Part shown: positions 1 to 10,602 of the stretch, piece after piece
Position numbering within the stretch: the stretch's first letter is position 1
Layout: each line of letters opens with the position of its first letter
Assembly: GCA_963422365.1 (NCBI GenBank)
Contig: OY729426.1
Span: forward strand, 288,001-352,000
From: Nitrospirales bacterium
Lineage (GTDB): Bacteria; Nitrospirota; Nitrospiria; Nitrospirales; UBA8639
Length of the DNA stretch: 64,000 bases
Direction: 5' to 3'
Translations under genes and position numbers: made by a program
Notes under the pieces: model-generated
Databases searched by the model: none
Told to the model about the DNA's origin: nothing
What the model saw: only the letters and a program-made list of their open reading frames with translations

Positions 1-467
1 CCGGCATGGGCGTGCGCTTTGACTTAGCCACTTTCAAGGAGCCCTCGACTCGACTCGGTCGAAAATTCATGAAACTCCGGAATCATGAAGAGGTCGTCAG
101 CATCGAAGCCCTGGACCTCTCCGCCGCAACACCCATCCTCGCGATCGCCTCTCAACAAGGACGCGTTCTGCTGTGCAAAGCCGAAGAAGTGGGCAGGCTC
201 TCCGGTCCGGGACGAGGTGTGACGGTCATCAAACTCGACGGCACGGATCGAGTCGTGGCTGGACGCATTTTGTCCCGACAACAAGACCAATTGGTCGTCT
301 TGAAACAAGAGGGCGGCAAATTCCCTATTTCAATGAGGAAGTATCAACCCGGCAGCCGAGGTGGGAAAGGCCACGTCTTGTTTAAACGCGGGACCCTGAA
401 AGGGGCTCAAACATTACCCGTCGAACTGCCGGTCCTCGATTCGGAGAATCACAAAAACGGCAATTGA
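1..467 (+). CDS. DNA gyrase/topoisomerase IV subunit A, C-terminal beta-pinwheel (5' truncated by window edge)
   Basis: Repeated blade motifs TRLGRKFMKL, GPGRGVTVIKL, SRGGKGHVLF; cognate B subunit lies 3.3 kb downstream. Confidence 0.8.
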   Translation, partial: GMGVRFDLATFKEPSTRLGRKFMKLRNHEEVVSIEALDLSAATPILAIASQQGRVLLCKAEEVGRLSGPGRGVTVIKLDGTDRVVAGRILSRQQDQLVVLKQEGGKFPISMRKYQPGSRGGKGHVLFKRGTLKGAQTLPVELPVLDSENHKNGN

Positions 468-513
468 AACTTGCCAGCTTGTCAACCACCATAGAGTCGC
501 GACAACAGCGACA

Positions 514-805
514 ATGAAGACTCATGCGACGAGTGCCGTTGGCATTAAAGAATCTTCTTGCCCATTACCTGCAACGAACCAAGCAAAGAGAAAAAGTCAT
601 CGTCACGGAACGCGGCAAACCGGCTGCTCTCCTCCAACCCCTCAAAACTGCCCACCACGCCGCCTCGATCGACGCTCGCTTGTCTCGACTGGCCACCCTA
701 GGCCTCAACCCTTCCCACTCGACAAACCCGTCAAAAGCCGAAACCGATAAAATTTTCCGGGCCGCCCGTTTCGAAAGTCGTTCTCGACGATCGACATTGA
801 TGTAG
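514..805 (+). pseudogene. Phd/YefM-family antitoxin, frameshifted
   Basis: MKTHATSAVGIKE in one frame continues as LKNLLAHYL...VIVTERGKPAALL in another; typical Phd VGIKELKN..L..V.VT.RGKP pattern. Confidence 0.7.
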
Positions 806-901
806 GTTAGATTCGCGCAGCGTAATCCAACAATTCCGTGAGACTTGTTGTCATACTAACCGAAGCAGGCTGTCGGGTTACGCTCCGTTAACCCGACCTA
901 C
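802..901. repeat. Inverted pair of GTAG-type REP elements
   Basis: GTAGGTTAGATTCGCGCAGCGTAATCCAACA (802-832) facing TGTCGGGTTACGCTCCGTTAACCCGACCTAC (871-901). Confidence 0.7.
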
Positions 902-1045
902 CGTCTAATTCGTTGACCATTCCCGCCGTCTCCTTCCCCCTTTGCAGGTGTTATGTTCCGCATACTGATGGAGGAGTTGATGGGAGGACTGGTATTTGTC
1001 CGAGACAGCCGTAGCCGACGCGGTGGCCTAGTCGCGTCAAACGGA

Positions 1046-1555
1046 ATGAGCCCTCTGCGAGTTGTCATCGACACTCACGTGCTGCTTTCGTCGCTCCTGT
1101 TTCATGCAGGCACTCTCTCCTAGCTACCGCACGGCAGGGCAGGCCGCCGCGTCTGTCCACTGGTGAGCCGAGAGACGATGGACGAGTTGCTTCGAGCACT
1201 GGACGATCCGAAGTTCGACCTAAACGGCGGCGAGCGGGAGGACCTGCTGGCGGATTATCTGCCTTGGTGCGAAACCGTCACCGGATCGAAGCCAGCCAAG
1301 AGTCCGCTGTGCCGCGACCCATTCGATCTCCTCTTCCTCGAACTTGCCCTTGCGGGCCGGGCCGACGCCTTGCTGAACGGCGACAAAGACTTGTTTGCCA
1401 TGGCGCACGCCTTTCCCGTTCCGATTCTCACCCCGCGCGCGTTCCGTAACGCGACGGCCCTCTTCCGGACAACAGGGCAACCCGTAGAGAGAACCGATGC
1501 CGTTTCTGCATTGACCGACTTTCAAAAGGATTCATCGGACGGCCTGCCCCATTGA
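1046..1555 (+). pseudogene. PIN-domain TA toxin, disrupted
   Basis: MSPLRVVIDTHVLLSSLLF then in-frame TAG; downstream CRDPFD..FLELALAGRADALLNGDKDL matches the CRDPxD...LVTGDxDL PIN family. Confidence 0.75.
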
Positions 1556-1632
1556 ATGAGTTGCAATGATGGTGCATATTGAGAACTAAATAGATTCTAT
1601 TGCTATCCTGAATAGGTTCTCATTCGAGATAA

Positions 1633-1854
1633 AAAAGTATTTCTGGTACAGAGACGCATAACGAATGGCTGAAAGCCCGAGTCGCTAGTCGGCAATATCA
1701 CTCTGAAAGTGAAGTCATCAGCGATCTTATCCGTGACCGGCAAAACCGCGATGCCGGAATCGAAACCATTCGCCTTGCCCTGATCGAAAACGAGAAAAGC
1801 GGTATCGGCAACCCAACACCGGAAGGCGTCAGAACGGCGGTGCAAGAGCGATGA
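1633..1854 (+). pseudogene. ParD-type (ribbon-helix-helix) antitoxin remnant lacking a start codon
   Basis: Manual translation KSISGTETHNEWLKARVASRQYHSESEVISDLIRDRQ...IETIRLALIENEKSG. Confidence 0.65.
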
Positions 1855-2212
1855 CGGAAAAGTGGATCGCTACCAATTCAATGATCACCCCTTGCCGATT
1901 CCGGTCGCCTCTGCCAATACGGAATCCTGCCATCAAAATAACCTGATGTTGACAACAAGCGGGGAAGAGGCTAGGGCAAAGCTACAGGGTGATTACGAGA
2001 CCAAACGTAGATACAGCCAAGAAAGATGGGATTTCTTTGCAATTTGCAGAACGCATAAGGGCATCAATCGGTCAACAAAGTGATCTCTCCGGGGCAATTG
2101 GAATCGGACCAAACAGCGGTGCCACTACCGGAGCCTACACCGCAGAAGAAGCCGAACAGTGGATTGCCGAATACGAAAAAGCCATGGCAGAAGTGCCTAG
2201 GAGGGATAACTG

Positions 2213-3215
2213 ATGCCCACCTCCGCTGGCTCACCCGAGACGAAGATCTCCGCGCTGCTGCCCATGTACCGTATCAGCTTCTGGAGGAAGCGCCTGACCT
2301 ATCAGGTGCCGACCAGACGCCGGTAACCTGCTGATTCAGGGCGATACTCTGGAGGTGCTCAAGGCGTTGCTGCCGTTCTACGCCGAAGAGTGAAGTGCAT
2401 TGATATTGATCCACCCTATAACATAACACGCGCTCGGATTTGGAAAAAGAGCTACGGGGGTGGGGCTAACGCCAAGTGGTTTGTGGCCTTCACGAAGAAG
2501 TCCTGTGTTCCACAAAAGACACAAGCAAAGTCCCTGAGATGTTTTTGCCTCCCGATCCCGATGTCGTGAGAAAGGATGACAGGTCTCAGGATGAACAATT
2601 TACAGAGAGAGGGTTGTCTCATTGACAGCCATGGGCAACAACGAGCATGGATGACCGTCCCACTTTGAGAGACCCGATTCTGCGTGAGAAGAGGGAAGAG
2701 ATGTGGCCGGAAAAGCAGTGGCAGTGGTCAAATGCACGTTTCTATCAGGCTCTGCCGGATAGGGGATTGGTGATTTCCAGAAGAAAGGGGCGACGGGTCG
2801 TCTCTGACAAGCCAGACCTCAAAGATGAGAGGGGAGAGGAAAGAAAACGCAAACCGCAGACCATCATTGAAGGGCATTCTCCGCAACACGGAACGTACCA
2901 GAGGATGGAGGGGGTTGGATTGCCGGACAAGGTCGCTTTTCCCAAGCCTGAAGGTCTTGTTGAATATGTCTTTGAGGCGGCCACCAGCCCCGGCGACCTC
3001 GTCCTCGACTCCGGCACCACGGCGGCGGTGGCGCACAAGATGGGGCGTCGCTATATCGGCGTCGAAATGGGCAAACACGCCGGGACGCAATGCGTCCCGC
3101 GTCGGCAAAAAATCAGTGACGGCGAACAAGGCGGCATTTTCAAGTCTGCCGGCTGGCCCGGTGGCGGCTTCCGGTTCTATCACCTCGGTCCCACCGTGTT
3201 TGACGAGCAAGCCCG
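2213..3215 (+). pseudogene. mod: Type III R-M Mod methyltransferase, heavily decayed
   Basis: Fragments LRWLTRDEDL, NLLIQGD, IDPPYN (~2408), FPKPEGL, GDLVLDSGTTAAVAHKMGRRYIGVE (FxGS part of motif I deleted); several frameshifts. Confidence 0.8.
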
Positions 3216-3783
3216 CATCGCCGGGCCGCAGGCAGCCTACGAGGCAATGACCAACAAACCGGATCAGGCCGGGCGGATCGGACATGATGCCGTGGCGTAT
3301 GCGCCACTGACCGAATTGCCGGATGTCCCCTCTGTCTGCCTGCACCTGCCCACGGGCGGCGGCAAGACGCTTCTGGCCGCGCACACGATCGAGGTCGCCC
3401 GTGATACCTGGATCGAGAAAGAACATCCGATGGTCCTCCGGCTCGTTCCGTCGAATACCATCCGGCTCCGGACTGTCGAGACGCTCAAGAGAATGCCGGC
3501 CACCCGTACCGGCAAGGCGCTCCATGAAGCCTTTGACTGCCGCGTGCGGGTGTTTGACGTCGCTGACTTCACGCCCCTCTGCCCGCACGACCTGCGTGAT
3601 CATTGCTGCGTCGTGGTCGGACCATCCGGACATTGCGCGTGTCGAATACCGAGGGCCGCAAGGTGTATGCTCACATCGAAGATCTGGAACCGCATTTTTC
3701 AACCCTGCCGAACACCACGACAGGGCTGGAAATACTGGACAACGGCATCGGGAGCAGCGGCAAAGATTGAAGGAATAGCGTAG
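3216..3783 (+). pseudogene. res: Type III R-M Res helicase N-terminal fragment
   Basis: VPSVCLHLPTGGGKTLLAAH Walker A and LVPSNTIR motif; truncated, joined in frame to the mod remnant. Confidence 0.7.
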
Positions 3784-5724
3784 ATGACCACACAATACGA
3801 CGCGAGCGAGATTGTTGTTTTAGAAGGGATCGACCCGGTTCGTCGGAGACCGGCGATGTATATTGGCGGGACGGACAAGACCGGGCTGCATCATCTTGTG
3901 TGGGAAATCGTGGATAACGCCATTGACGAAGTCATCAATGGGTATGCCACGACGATCACGGTTGAACTCGATAAGACGGGGGGCGGCATCCGCATCACCG
4001 ATAACGGACGCGGCATTCCGGTCGATCAGCATAAGAAATACAAAAAGTCGGCACTTGAAATTATCATGACCACGCTCCATGCCGGCGGAAAATTCGAAAC
4101 CGGCAGCTACATTCACTCAGGCGGATTGCACGGGGTCGGGGCATCGGTAGTCAATGCCTTATCCGATCATTTGGAAGTCACCGTCAAACGGCATGGGCAT
4201 GAATGGCACCAATGTTATCAGGCCGGCCGACCCCTGGGACCCGTCAAAAAAGGAGACACGGCACGAGGCACGGGAACATCGGTATATTTTCGTCCGGATC
4301 CGATTATTTTTGGAAAGCATACGACCTTCGACTCCACCCTGTTGAAAGACACCATCGAGGCGAAATCCTATCTTCACAAAGGACTCAAAATCTCCTTTAA
4401 AGGTGGACCTACGCAGCAAACGCTCCATTTTGTCCATGAACAGGGCATTGAAGAATACCTCACCAAGCTCGTGAAAGACCGTGGACACAAACCCACTGCC
4501 GACTTCGTGTTTTATTTGAAACGAAGCTTACATGGCCAAGACCCCCTCGCGACAAATGACGAAGGGTTTGCCATGGAAGTCGCCCTTCAATGGACGGATG
4601 AACCAGCGGAATTTGTCCGCAGTTACGTGAACGGCGTGGCCACATCGAGTGGCGGCACCCATGAATTAGGATTGCGAAACGGCATCGTCAAAGCCGTGCG
4701 TCATTATATGGAGACGCACACCCTTGCTCCGAAAGGGCTCAACATCCAAGCAGAAGATATCCGCGAAGGGGTAGCCTGCGTCCTGAGCGTGCTTATCCTG
4801 AACCCTCAATTTCAAGGGCAGACCAAAGAACGGCTCAATAATCCTGAAGTGCAAGGGCTCGTGGACAACGGACTTCGACCGTCTCTGGAAAACTTTTTGC
4901 ACGAAAATAAAACCATTGCCGAAACCCTGGCCGGCCGCATGATCTTGGCGGCGCGCGCACGAGAAGCGTCTCGTGACGCGTCGAAGGCCGTCATCCGAAA
5001 ATCAGCCGTGAGTCATCGCCTGAATCTGCCGGGCAAACTGGCGGACTGCCAAAGTACGAACCCTGAGATCAGTGAGCTGTTTGTGGTGGAGGGCGATTCC
5101 GCCGGAGGGACCGCCAAGCAAGGTCGCGATTTGAAAACTCAAGCGATCTTCCCTATCCGGGGCAAGGTGCTGAACACCGAGGAACTCACCCTCGGCAAGG
5201 TGGTGGAGAATAAAGAGTTGGCGGATCTGGTCAAGGTCCTTGGCTGTGGGATTGGGCAGAATTTTGATCTCAAGAAGTTGCGGTACCACAAAATTATTCT
5301 GCTCATGGACGCAGACATTGACGGCTACCATATCAGCACGTTGCTGCTGACCTTCTTTTTCCGGCATGTATCGGAATTGATCAGACAGGGGCACATCTAT
5401 CTTGCCCAACCGCCGTTATACCGCATCAATTTCGGCAAGGCCGTCCATTGGGCAGGGTCGGATGAAGAGAAAGAACAAATTCTGGCTGAAGCCCGAGGCA
5501 AGACGACGCCGGTCATCAGCCGGTTCAAAGGTCTCGGCGAAATGTTTCCCCAACAACTCAAAGAAACGACGCTCGATTCTGCTACACGCCAACTCCTCAG
5601 AGTCGAACTTCAAGATGAACTCGACACCGACCGCACCTTCCACGACCTGATGGGCAAACGTACAGACGCTCGGTATCAGTTTTTGATGGCGAATGCTACG
5701 CTCGCCGACAATGTAGACGTGTAG
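3784..5724 (+). CDS. DNA topoisomerase IV/gyrase subunit B
   Basis: VRRRPAMYIG, EIVDNAIDE, GGLHGVGASVVN, VEGDSAGG, DADIDG, RFKGLGEM; 646 aa short form, ParE-like. Confidence 0.95.
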   Translation: MTTQYDASEIVVLEGIDPVRRRPAMYIGGTDKTGLHHLVWEIVDNAIDEVINGYATTITVELDKTGGGIRITDNGRGIPVDQHKKYKKSALEIIMTTLHAGGKFETGSYIHSGGLHGVGASVVNALSDHLEVTVKRHGHEWHQCYQAGRPLGPVKKGDTARGTGTSVYFRPDPIIFGKHTTFDSTLLKDTIEAKSYLHKGLKISFKGGPTQQTLHFVHEQGIEEYLTKLVKDRGHKPTADFVFYLKRSLHGQDPLATNDEGFAMEVALQWTDEPAEFVRSYVNGVATSSGGTHELGLRNGIVKAVRHYMETHTLAPKGLNIQAEDIREGVACVLSVLILNPQFQGQTKERLNNPEVQGLVDNGLRPSLENFLHENKTIAETLAGRMILAARAREASRDASKAVIRKSAVSHRLNLPGKLADCQSTNPEISELFVVEGDSAGGTAKQGRDLKTQAIFPIRGKVLNTEELTLGKVVENKELADLVKVLGCGIGQNFDLKKLRYHKIILLMDADIDGYHISTLLLTFFFRHVSELIRQGHIYLAQPPLYRINFGKAVHWAGSDEEKEQILAEARGKTTPVISRFKGLGEMFPQQLKETTLDSATRQLLRVELQDELDTDRTFHDLMGKRTDARYQFLMANATLADNVDV

Positions 5725-5739
5725 CAGGGCGGGCTGCAT

Positions 5740-5845
5740 GAGGCATGTCCCGGGTCGTAACCCGGATGCCTCCCCTACGGAACCTCTCTTTGCAGGGCGG
5801 GATCTCTTCCCGCCTCCCTCTTGGCCGCATGAAATGCGGCCCTAC
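5740..5845. repeat. Cluster of REP-like hairpins
   Basis: Hairpins ending in CCTAC (5775-5778 and 5842-5845), e.g. GGCCGCATGAAATGCGGCC-CTAC, plus GCAGGGCGGGA...TCCCGCC. Confidence 0.55.
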
Positions 5846-5909
5846 AAATGCAGAGAGACGATTTCCATGCTTTGTCTGAAGGCGTGAGAAACAGTAGAAT
5901 CCACATCAG

Positions 5910-7631
5910 ATGAACCCCCTCGAACTCGTGAAACAGTACCATGAGCAAACAAAGCATGACTTCAACCGATATGCCCGCGCCCTCGGGTATATGGACTGGG
6001 CCAACCAGCCTGACCCCTTTCGGCGATATGACGGCGCTTTGCTCTACACCTTACCACTGCTCACGGCCGACGAGGCTCCCGTTGCACCTTCTTATGAATC
6101 GCTCTTTTCAGCACAACCGGTTCCTCCTGAACCCTTAAGCCTGAAGAGTCTTTCCCGATTTTTTGAATACAGCCTCTCCCTCACGGCGTGGAAAGAATAC
6201 GGGGGAAATCGCTGGGCGTTACGCAGCAATCCTTCCAGCGGCAATTTGCATCCCACGGAAGGCTATTTGGTGATCAAAGAAATAGCCGATCTTCCGCTGA
6301 AGCCTGGGCTCTATCACTATGCACCCAAAGAACATGGTCTGGAATACCGACGGCATGGGTCAAACACGTTCATTGAGGCACTCCTCCGACCTTTTCCCCC
6401 GCAATCCTTTTTCGTCGGGCTGAGTTCGATCCATTGGCGGGAAGCGTGGAAGTATGGGGAACGCGCCTTTCGCTACTGCCAGCATGACATTGGCCATGCG
6501 CTTGGAACGCTTCGGATTGCGGGCGCAGCCCTCGGTTGGCGAGTCCTTCTTCTCGCCGGGCTCGATGACCCAACGGTTGGCGCCCTTCTCGGCTTGCATC
6601 GGTTGCATGAATTTGAACCCACCGAACCAGAATGCCCTGAACTGATGTGTGTCGTCTATCCTACGCACGACTCCCCGCTGGAATCCCTGCCGATCGTCAT
6701 TGATCCGGACGCTCTCGAGAATTGGGGACAAGGAAGCTGGCAAGGCAACGCAAATCGGTTGAGTCGGGACAACCCCGTTCCCTGGGAAATTCTTGATAAG
6801 GTGACCAAGGCCTCATGGAAAACCTCGACGGAACAGTCGGTGTTTCGAATGGCCGCCTTCCCTGCGACTCTCCCGGAACAGGGCGGAGAGGAGCCGACCA
6901 CGATCTCTGCGCACCAAATCATTCATCAACGACGAAGTGCCGTGGCGTTTGACGGAAAAACATCGATTTCCGCACAACAGTTTTTCACGATGCTAGGGCG
7001 TGTCATGCCTCACCCGGATCGACCGGTCGCACAACGGCCCATGCCGTGGGATTTACTAGCATGGGATCCCACCATCCACCTGGCCCTTTTCGTGCATCGA
7101 GTCGAGGGGCTCCTGCCCGGAATGTACCTGCTCCTGCGAAATGCCGACCCGGCACTCAAAGCAACCTTTCAACAGTCCATGCATCAGCAATTTGTCTGGA
7201 CCGTTCCCGAGAATTGTCCAAGATCACTTCCGTTGTATTTGTTGGAAGACGGGAATGCCCAACGCATTGCCATACAGGTCAGTTGTCATCAGGAGGTCGC
7301 GGGCGCCAGTGCGTTTTCGTTGGGGATGATTGCGGAGTTCGAGTCGTCGTTGGAGAAACATGGACCGTGGTTTTACAAACGCTTGTTTTGGGAGACCGGA
7401 CTCATCGGTCAGGTGCTGTACCTCGAGGCGGAAGTGGCCGGTGTCCGTGCAACCGGTATCGGATGTTTTTTCGATGATCCCGTACATCGCGTGCTTGGGT
7501 GGTATCCCGACACACAATTTCAATCCCTGTATCACTTCACCGTCGGTGGAGCCGTAGAGGATCATCGCCTTACCACCCTGCCTCCCTATGGCGAACGTGG
7601 AAGGGGCCGGAAGCATGGGGAGCGCCGCTAA
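5910..7631 (+). CDS. SagB/ThcOx-family two-domain nitroreductase
   Basis: YHEQTKH, LRSNPSSGNLHPTE, REAWKYGERAFRY, RRSA, TGIGCFFDD. Confidence 0.9.
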   Translation: MNPLELVKQYHEQTKHDFNRYARALGYMDWANQPDPFRRYDGALLYTLPLLTADEAPVAPSYESLFSAQPVPPEPLSLKSLSRFFEYSLSLTAWKEYGGNRWALRSNPSSGNLHPTEGYLVIKEIADLPLKPGLYHYAPKEHGLEYRRHGSNTFIEALLRPFPPQSFFVGLSSIHWREAWKYGERAFRYCQHDIGHALGTLRIAGAALGWRVLLLAGLDDPTVGALLGLHRLHEFEPTEPECPELMCVVYPTHDSPLESLPIVIDPDALENWGQGSWQGNANRLSRDNPVPWEILDKVTKASWKTSTEQSVFRMAAFPATLPEQGGEEPTTISAHQIIHQRRSAVAFDGKTSISAQQFFTMLGRVMPHPDRPVAQRPMPWDLLAWDPTIHLALFVHRVEGLLPGMYLLLRNADPALKATFQQSMHQQFVWTVPENCPRSLPLYLLEDGNAQRIAIQVSCHQEVAGASAFSLGMIAEFESSLEKHGPWFYKRLFWETGLIGQVLYLEAEVAGVRATGIGCFFDDPVHRVLGWYPDTQFQSLYHFTVGGAVEDHRLTTLPPYGERGRGRKHGERR

Positions 7632-7973
7632 ACACTGCGCGGGATTATCAATGTTCACTCATTCGTTGACAGAATAAGAGGCTGTCCGTCTTCTTCTCTC
7701 GTAGCGACACCTGCCCCCGATCAGACCGGGGGCAGGCTTATGTCGCTTTCTTTTGGTTTCATGAGACGACGCGACTTCAAATCACAAAAGAAAACGGCAT
7801 CAGTCACCGAACGCGTACACTCCCTTGCAGTCTCCCTATTGAATAGGATAGGGTATCTCTCCATCGAATACGGCGTCGGCTCATTGCCTCTACGACGAAC
7901 GGAGGATGGTCGAATGCAGACTCCACAGACAAGGCAACGACGCCGAGAATCACCCACTATCAAGGAGGACACC

Positions 7974-8063
7974 ATGAATCCACTCGACTCGATCCCTGGA
8001 ACGATAACCGCAGGATTCGTGCTGACTGTCGTTCTGTATTTTGTGGTGAAAATGCTTGTCTAG
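7974..8063 (+). CDS. 29-aa single-TM small protein
   Basis: AAGGAGG RBS just upstream of ATG; MNPLDSIPGTITAGFVLTVVLYFVVKMLV. Confidence 0.65.
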   Translation: MNPLDSIPGTITAGFVLTVVLYFVVKMLV

Positions 8064-8118
8064 ACTGTCTTGAACATTTCTCACTTACCTGCAATCAAAA
8101 AAAAAGAGGATACAACCA

Positions 8119-8601
8119 ATGGAAACCTTATTAGCCTGGGGACATTTTCTGGCGGGTATCACCTGGATCGGCATTTTGTATTACTTTAATTTCATTCAAG
8201 TTCCCTTTCTGGGAAAGGTCACCCCGGAAACCAAGGCGGAGGCCTTTAAACATTTAGTCCCGAATGCGCTCTGGTGGTTCCGTTGGGGTGCCTTGGCCAC
8301 TTGGCTGTTTGGTGCCGGGCTCCTGATGAACCAAGGCAGGTTCGGTTCGGCATTTGCCCTGCAGGGACAAGATGCCGTTATTGGGATGGGGGCTTGGCTT
8401 GGAACCATTATGCTCTTGAATGTCTGGGGCATTATTTGGCCCAATCAGAAAAAGGTGCTGGGCCTGAAAAAAGCCACGAGTGATGAAAAGAAACAGTCTG
8501 CCCGCATGGCCCTCCTGGCTTCACGGACCAACACGATGCTTTCAATTCCCATGTTGTTCTTCATGGCATCATCCGGTCACGCCTCTCCCGGTCTGTTTTA
8601 A
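8119..8601 (+). CDS. PuuD/urate-oxidase N-terminal-like membrane protein
   Basis: WGHFLAGITWIGILYYFNF, ALWWFRW, NVWGIIWPNQKK, SRTNTMLSIPM. Confidence 0.8.
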   Translation: METLLAWGHFLAGITWIGILYYFNFIQVPFLGKVTPETKAEAFKHLVPNALWWFRWGALATWLFGAGLLMNQGRFGSAFALQGQDAVIGMGAWLGTIMLLNVWGIIWPNQKKVLGLKKATSDEKKQSARMALLASRTNTMLSIPMLFFMASSGHASPGLF

Positions 8602-8805
8602 GTGGATTGATCGGGGGAAGCGCCCGAAGGTTGCCGGCTCTTTCCCCTTGAATCGCCTGACTCAGAGCAAGGAAATCCCGTCAACTTTTCAGGTCGTCCA
8701 TCATCAAGTGGCCTTTTATGGATACCGTCAAGGAGGTCGGTCATTAGGCCGCACCACCTCTTCGAAATTGCACGCTTTCACAGATCAACAGAAAAGGAGG
8801 ATGAT

Positions 8806-9234
8806 ATGAGCAAGAATCTCAAGGGAACACACAGCCATGACAATCTCAAAGCCGCTTTTGCCGGAGAATCCCAAGCCAATCGCCGTTATCTGTATTTTGC
8901 GCGCCGGGCCGACATTGAAGGGTACCCGGATGTCGGCGGATTGTTCCGTGATACCTCCGAAGCCGAAACCGGTCATGCCTTCGGCCATCTGGATTTTTTA
9001 AAGGAAGTTGGCGACCCCGCCACGGGTGAGCCCATTGGGAACACCGAATCGAATCTCAAGGCCGCCATTGAAGGAGAAACCTACGAGTACACACAAATGT
9101 ACCCGGGCATGGCCAAAACCGCACGAGAAGAAGGCTTTGAAGAATTGGCAGAATGGTTTGAGACCTTGGCCAAAGCGGAACGTTCCCACGCTAACCGCTT
9201 CACCAAGGGGCTGGAATCTTTGAACTACGCGTAA
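8806..9234 (+). CDS. Rubrerythrin (short form, no rubredoxin domain)
   Basis: [28 protein letters not shown] di-iron motifs. Confidence 0.95.
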   Translation: MSKNLKGTHSHDNLKAAFAGESQANRRYLYFARRADIEGYPDVGGLFRDTSEAETGHAFGHLDFLKEVGDPATGEPIGNTESNLKAAIEGETYEYTQMYPGMAKTAREEGFEELAEWFETLAKAERSHANRFTKGLESLNYA

Positions 9235-9248
9235 TCCCTGCTTCCCCG

Positions 9249-9298
9249 ACAAGTGAGGCGGAGTAGCCGCTTCGGACTACTCCGCCTCACTTGTTTTT
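9249..9298 (+). terminator. Strong hairpin with T-tract after rubrerythrin
   Basis: 18-bp perfect stem ACAAGTGAGGCGGAGTAG / CTACTCCGCCTCACTTGT followed by TTTT. Confidence 0.75.
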
Positions 9299-9321
9299 GG
9301 CCTGAAACGTGAGGACATTCG

Positions 9322-10602
9322 TTGAAAGGTCTACACCTCATCTCCCCTGACTGGACGCGAAAGGATCTCGAACAAGAGACGAATCGCGTGTTCGACTTCT
9401 GCGACGGCTGTCGTCGATGTTTCAACCTCTGTCCTTCCTTCAACACGCTGTTGGATCGCATCGACGAGTATGAGAGCGACGTTTCCCAAATGACCGCCGC
9501 GGATTATGAACAGGTTGAAAAGGAATGTTATTACTGCAAGCTCTGTTACAACCACTGTCCGTACACCCCACCCCATGCCTACCAAATCGATTTCCCGCGT
9601 CTCATGGCCGCATGGAAAAAGCAACGGGTCAAGGAGCAGGGAGCCTCTTGGCGCGATCGTCTGCTTATCAAAACGGATCTGATTGGAAAAGTGGGAGGGA
9701 TGACTGCCTCGCTGACCAACCTGGCTCTCTCGACGCCATGGATACGAACCCTGTTGGAAACACTGATTGGCCTGCACCGAGACCGGCACGTACTGGCCTT
9801 TTCTCGAGAGAACTTTCCCGAGTGGTGGCGCAAACACGGCCCAACGCTGCAACCCGAGACCGCCAAGCACAAAGTCGTGCTTTTCCCAAGTTGCATGGTG
9901 AACTATCAAGCCACCGATATTGGAAAAGCGACGGTACAGGTCCTCGTCAAGAATAACGTGGAGGTCGTCATACCCAAAGGACAACGCTGTTGCGGCATGC
10001 CGTCCTTTGATCTCGGCGATACCGAGACCATGGTGCAGACCGCCACACACCATGTACAACTGCTTCTGCCGTATCTCAAACAAGGCTATGACCTCGTCGT
10101 GCCGACCCCCAGTTGCAGTCTCATGTTCAAACGGGAATATCCGTATTTGATGCCGACACACGACATGACGACATTGGCTGAACGAACGTTTGATATCTGT
10201 GAATATCTGATGCGGCTCAAAAAAGACGGGGCGTTGTCAATGGCGTTCAGGCAAACCAGCCAGCGCATTGCGTACCAGGTTCCCTGCCATTTGCGCGATC
10301 AGAATATCGGCTTTCAATCCAAAGAACTCATGGAACTCACCGGGGCTCAGGTCGAGATGGTCGAAAAATGTTCCGGCCACGATGGCTCATGGGGAGCCAA
10401 AGTCGAATTTTTCGATCGTTCGATGAAAATCGCCCAAAAGGCCGTCAGGGCCATTTCCGATTGTGACCCGAATCTGGTGGCGTCGGACTGTCCTCTTTCG
10501 GCGCTGCAACTCGATCAAGCAGGAGCGACGCAGTCGGAAAACAGGCCGGCGACTCAACATCCCATTCAAATTATTCGCGACGCGTATAACCTTCCCTCAT
10601 GA
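9322..10602 (+). CDS. Fe-S oxidoreductase (GlpC/HdrD-like, CCG domains)
   Basis: CDGCRRCFNLC, CYYCKLCYNHC, RCCG, PCH; usual partner of rubrerythrin and DUF3501. Confidence 0.9.
   Translation: MKGLHLISPDWTRKDLEQETNRVFDFCDGCRRCFNLCPSFNTLLDRIDEYESDVSQMTAADYEQVEKECYYCKLCYNHCPYTPPHAYQIDFPRLMAAWKKQRVKEQGASWRDRLLIKTDLIGKVGGMTASLTNLALSTPWIRTLLETLIGLHRDRHVLAFSRENFPEWWRKHGPTLQPETAKHKVVLFPSCMVNYQATDIGKATVQVLVKNNVEVVIPKGQRCCGMPSFDLGDTETMVQTATHHVQLLLPYLKQGYDLVVPTPSCSLMFKREYPYLMPTHDMTTLAERTFDICEYLMRLKKDGALSMAFRQTSQRIAYQVPCHLRDQNIGFQSKELMELTGAQVEMVEKCSGHDGSWGAKVEFFDRSMKIAQKAVRAISDCDPNLVASDCPLSALQLDQAGATQSENRPATQHPIQIIRDAYNLPS

Noticed and set aside
2647..3783. 378-aa ORF as a real Mod-Res fusion
   Set aside because: Motif I is deleted, DPPY lies outside the ORF, and Res is truncated; deletion product
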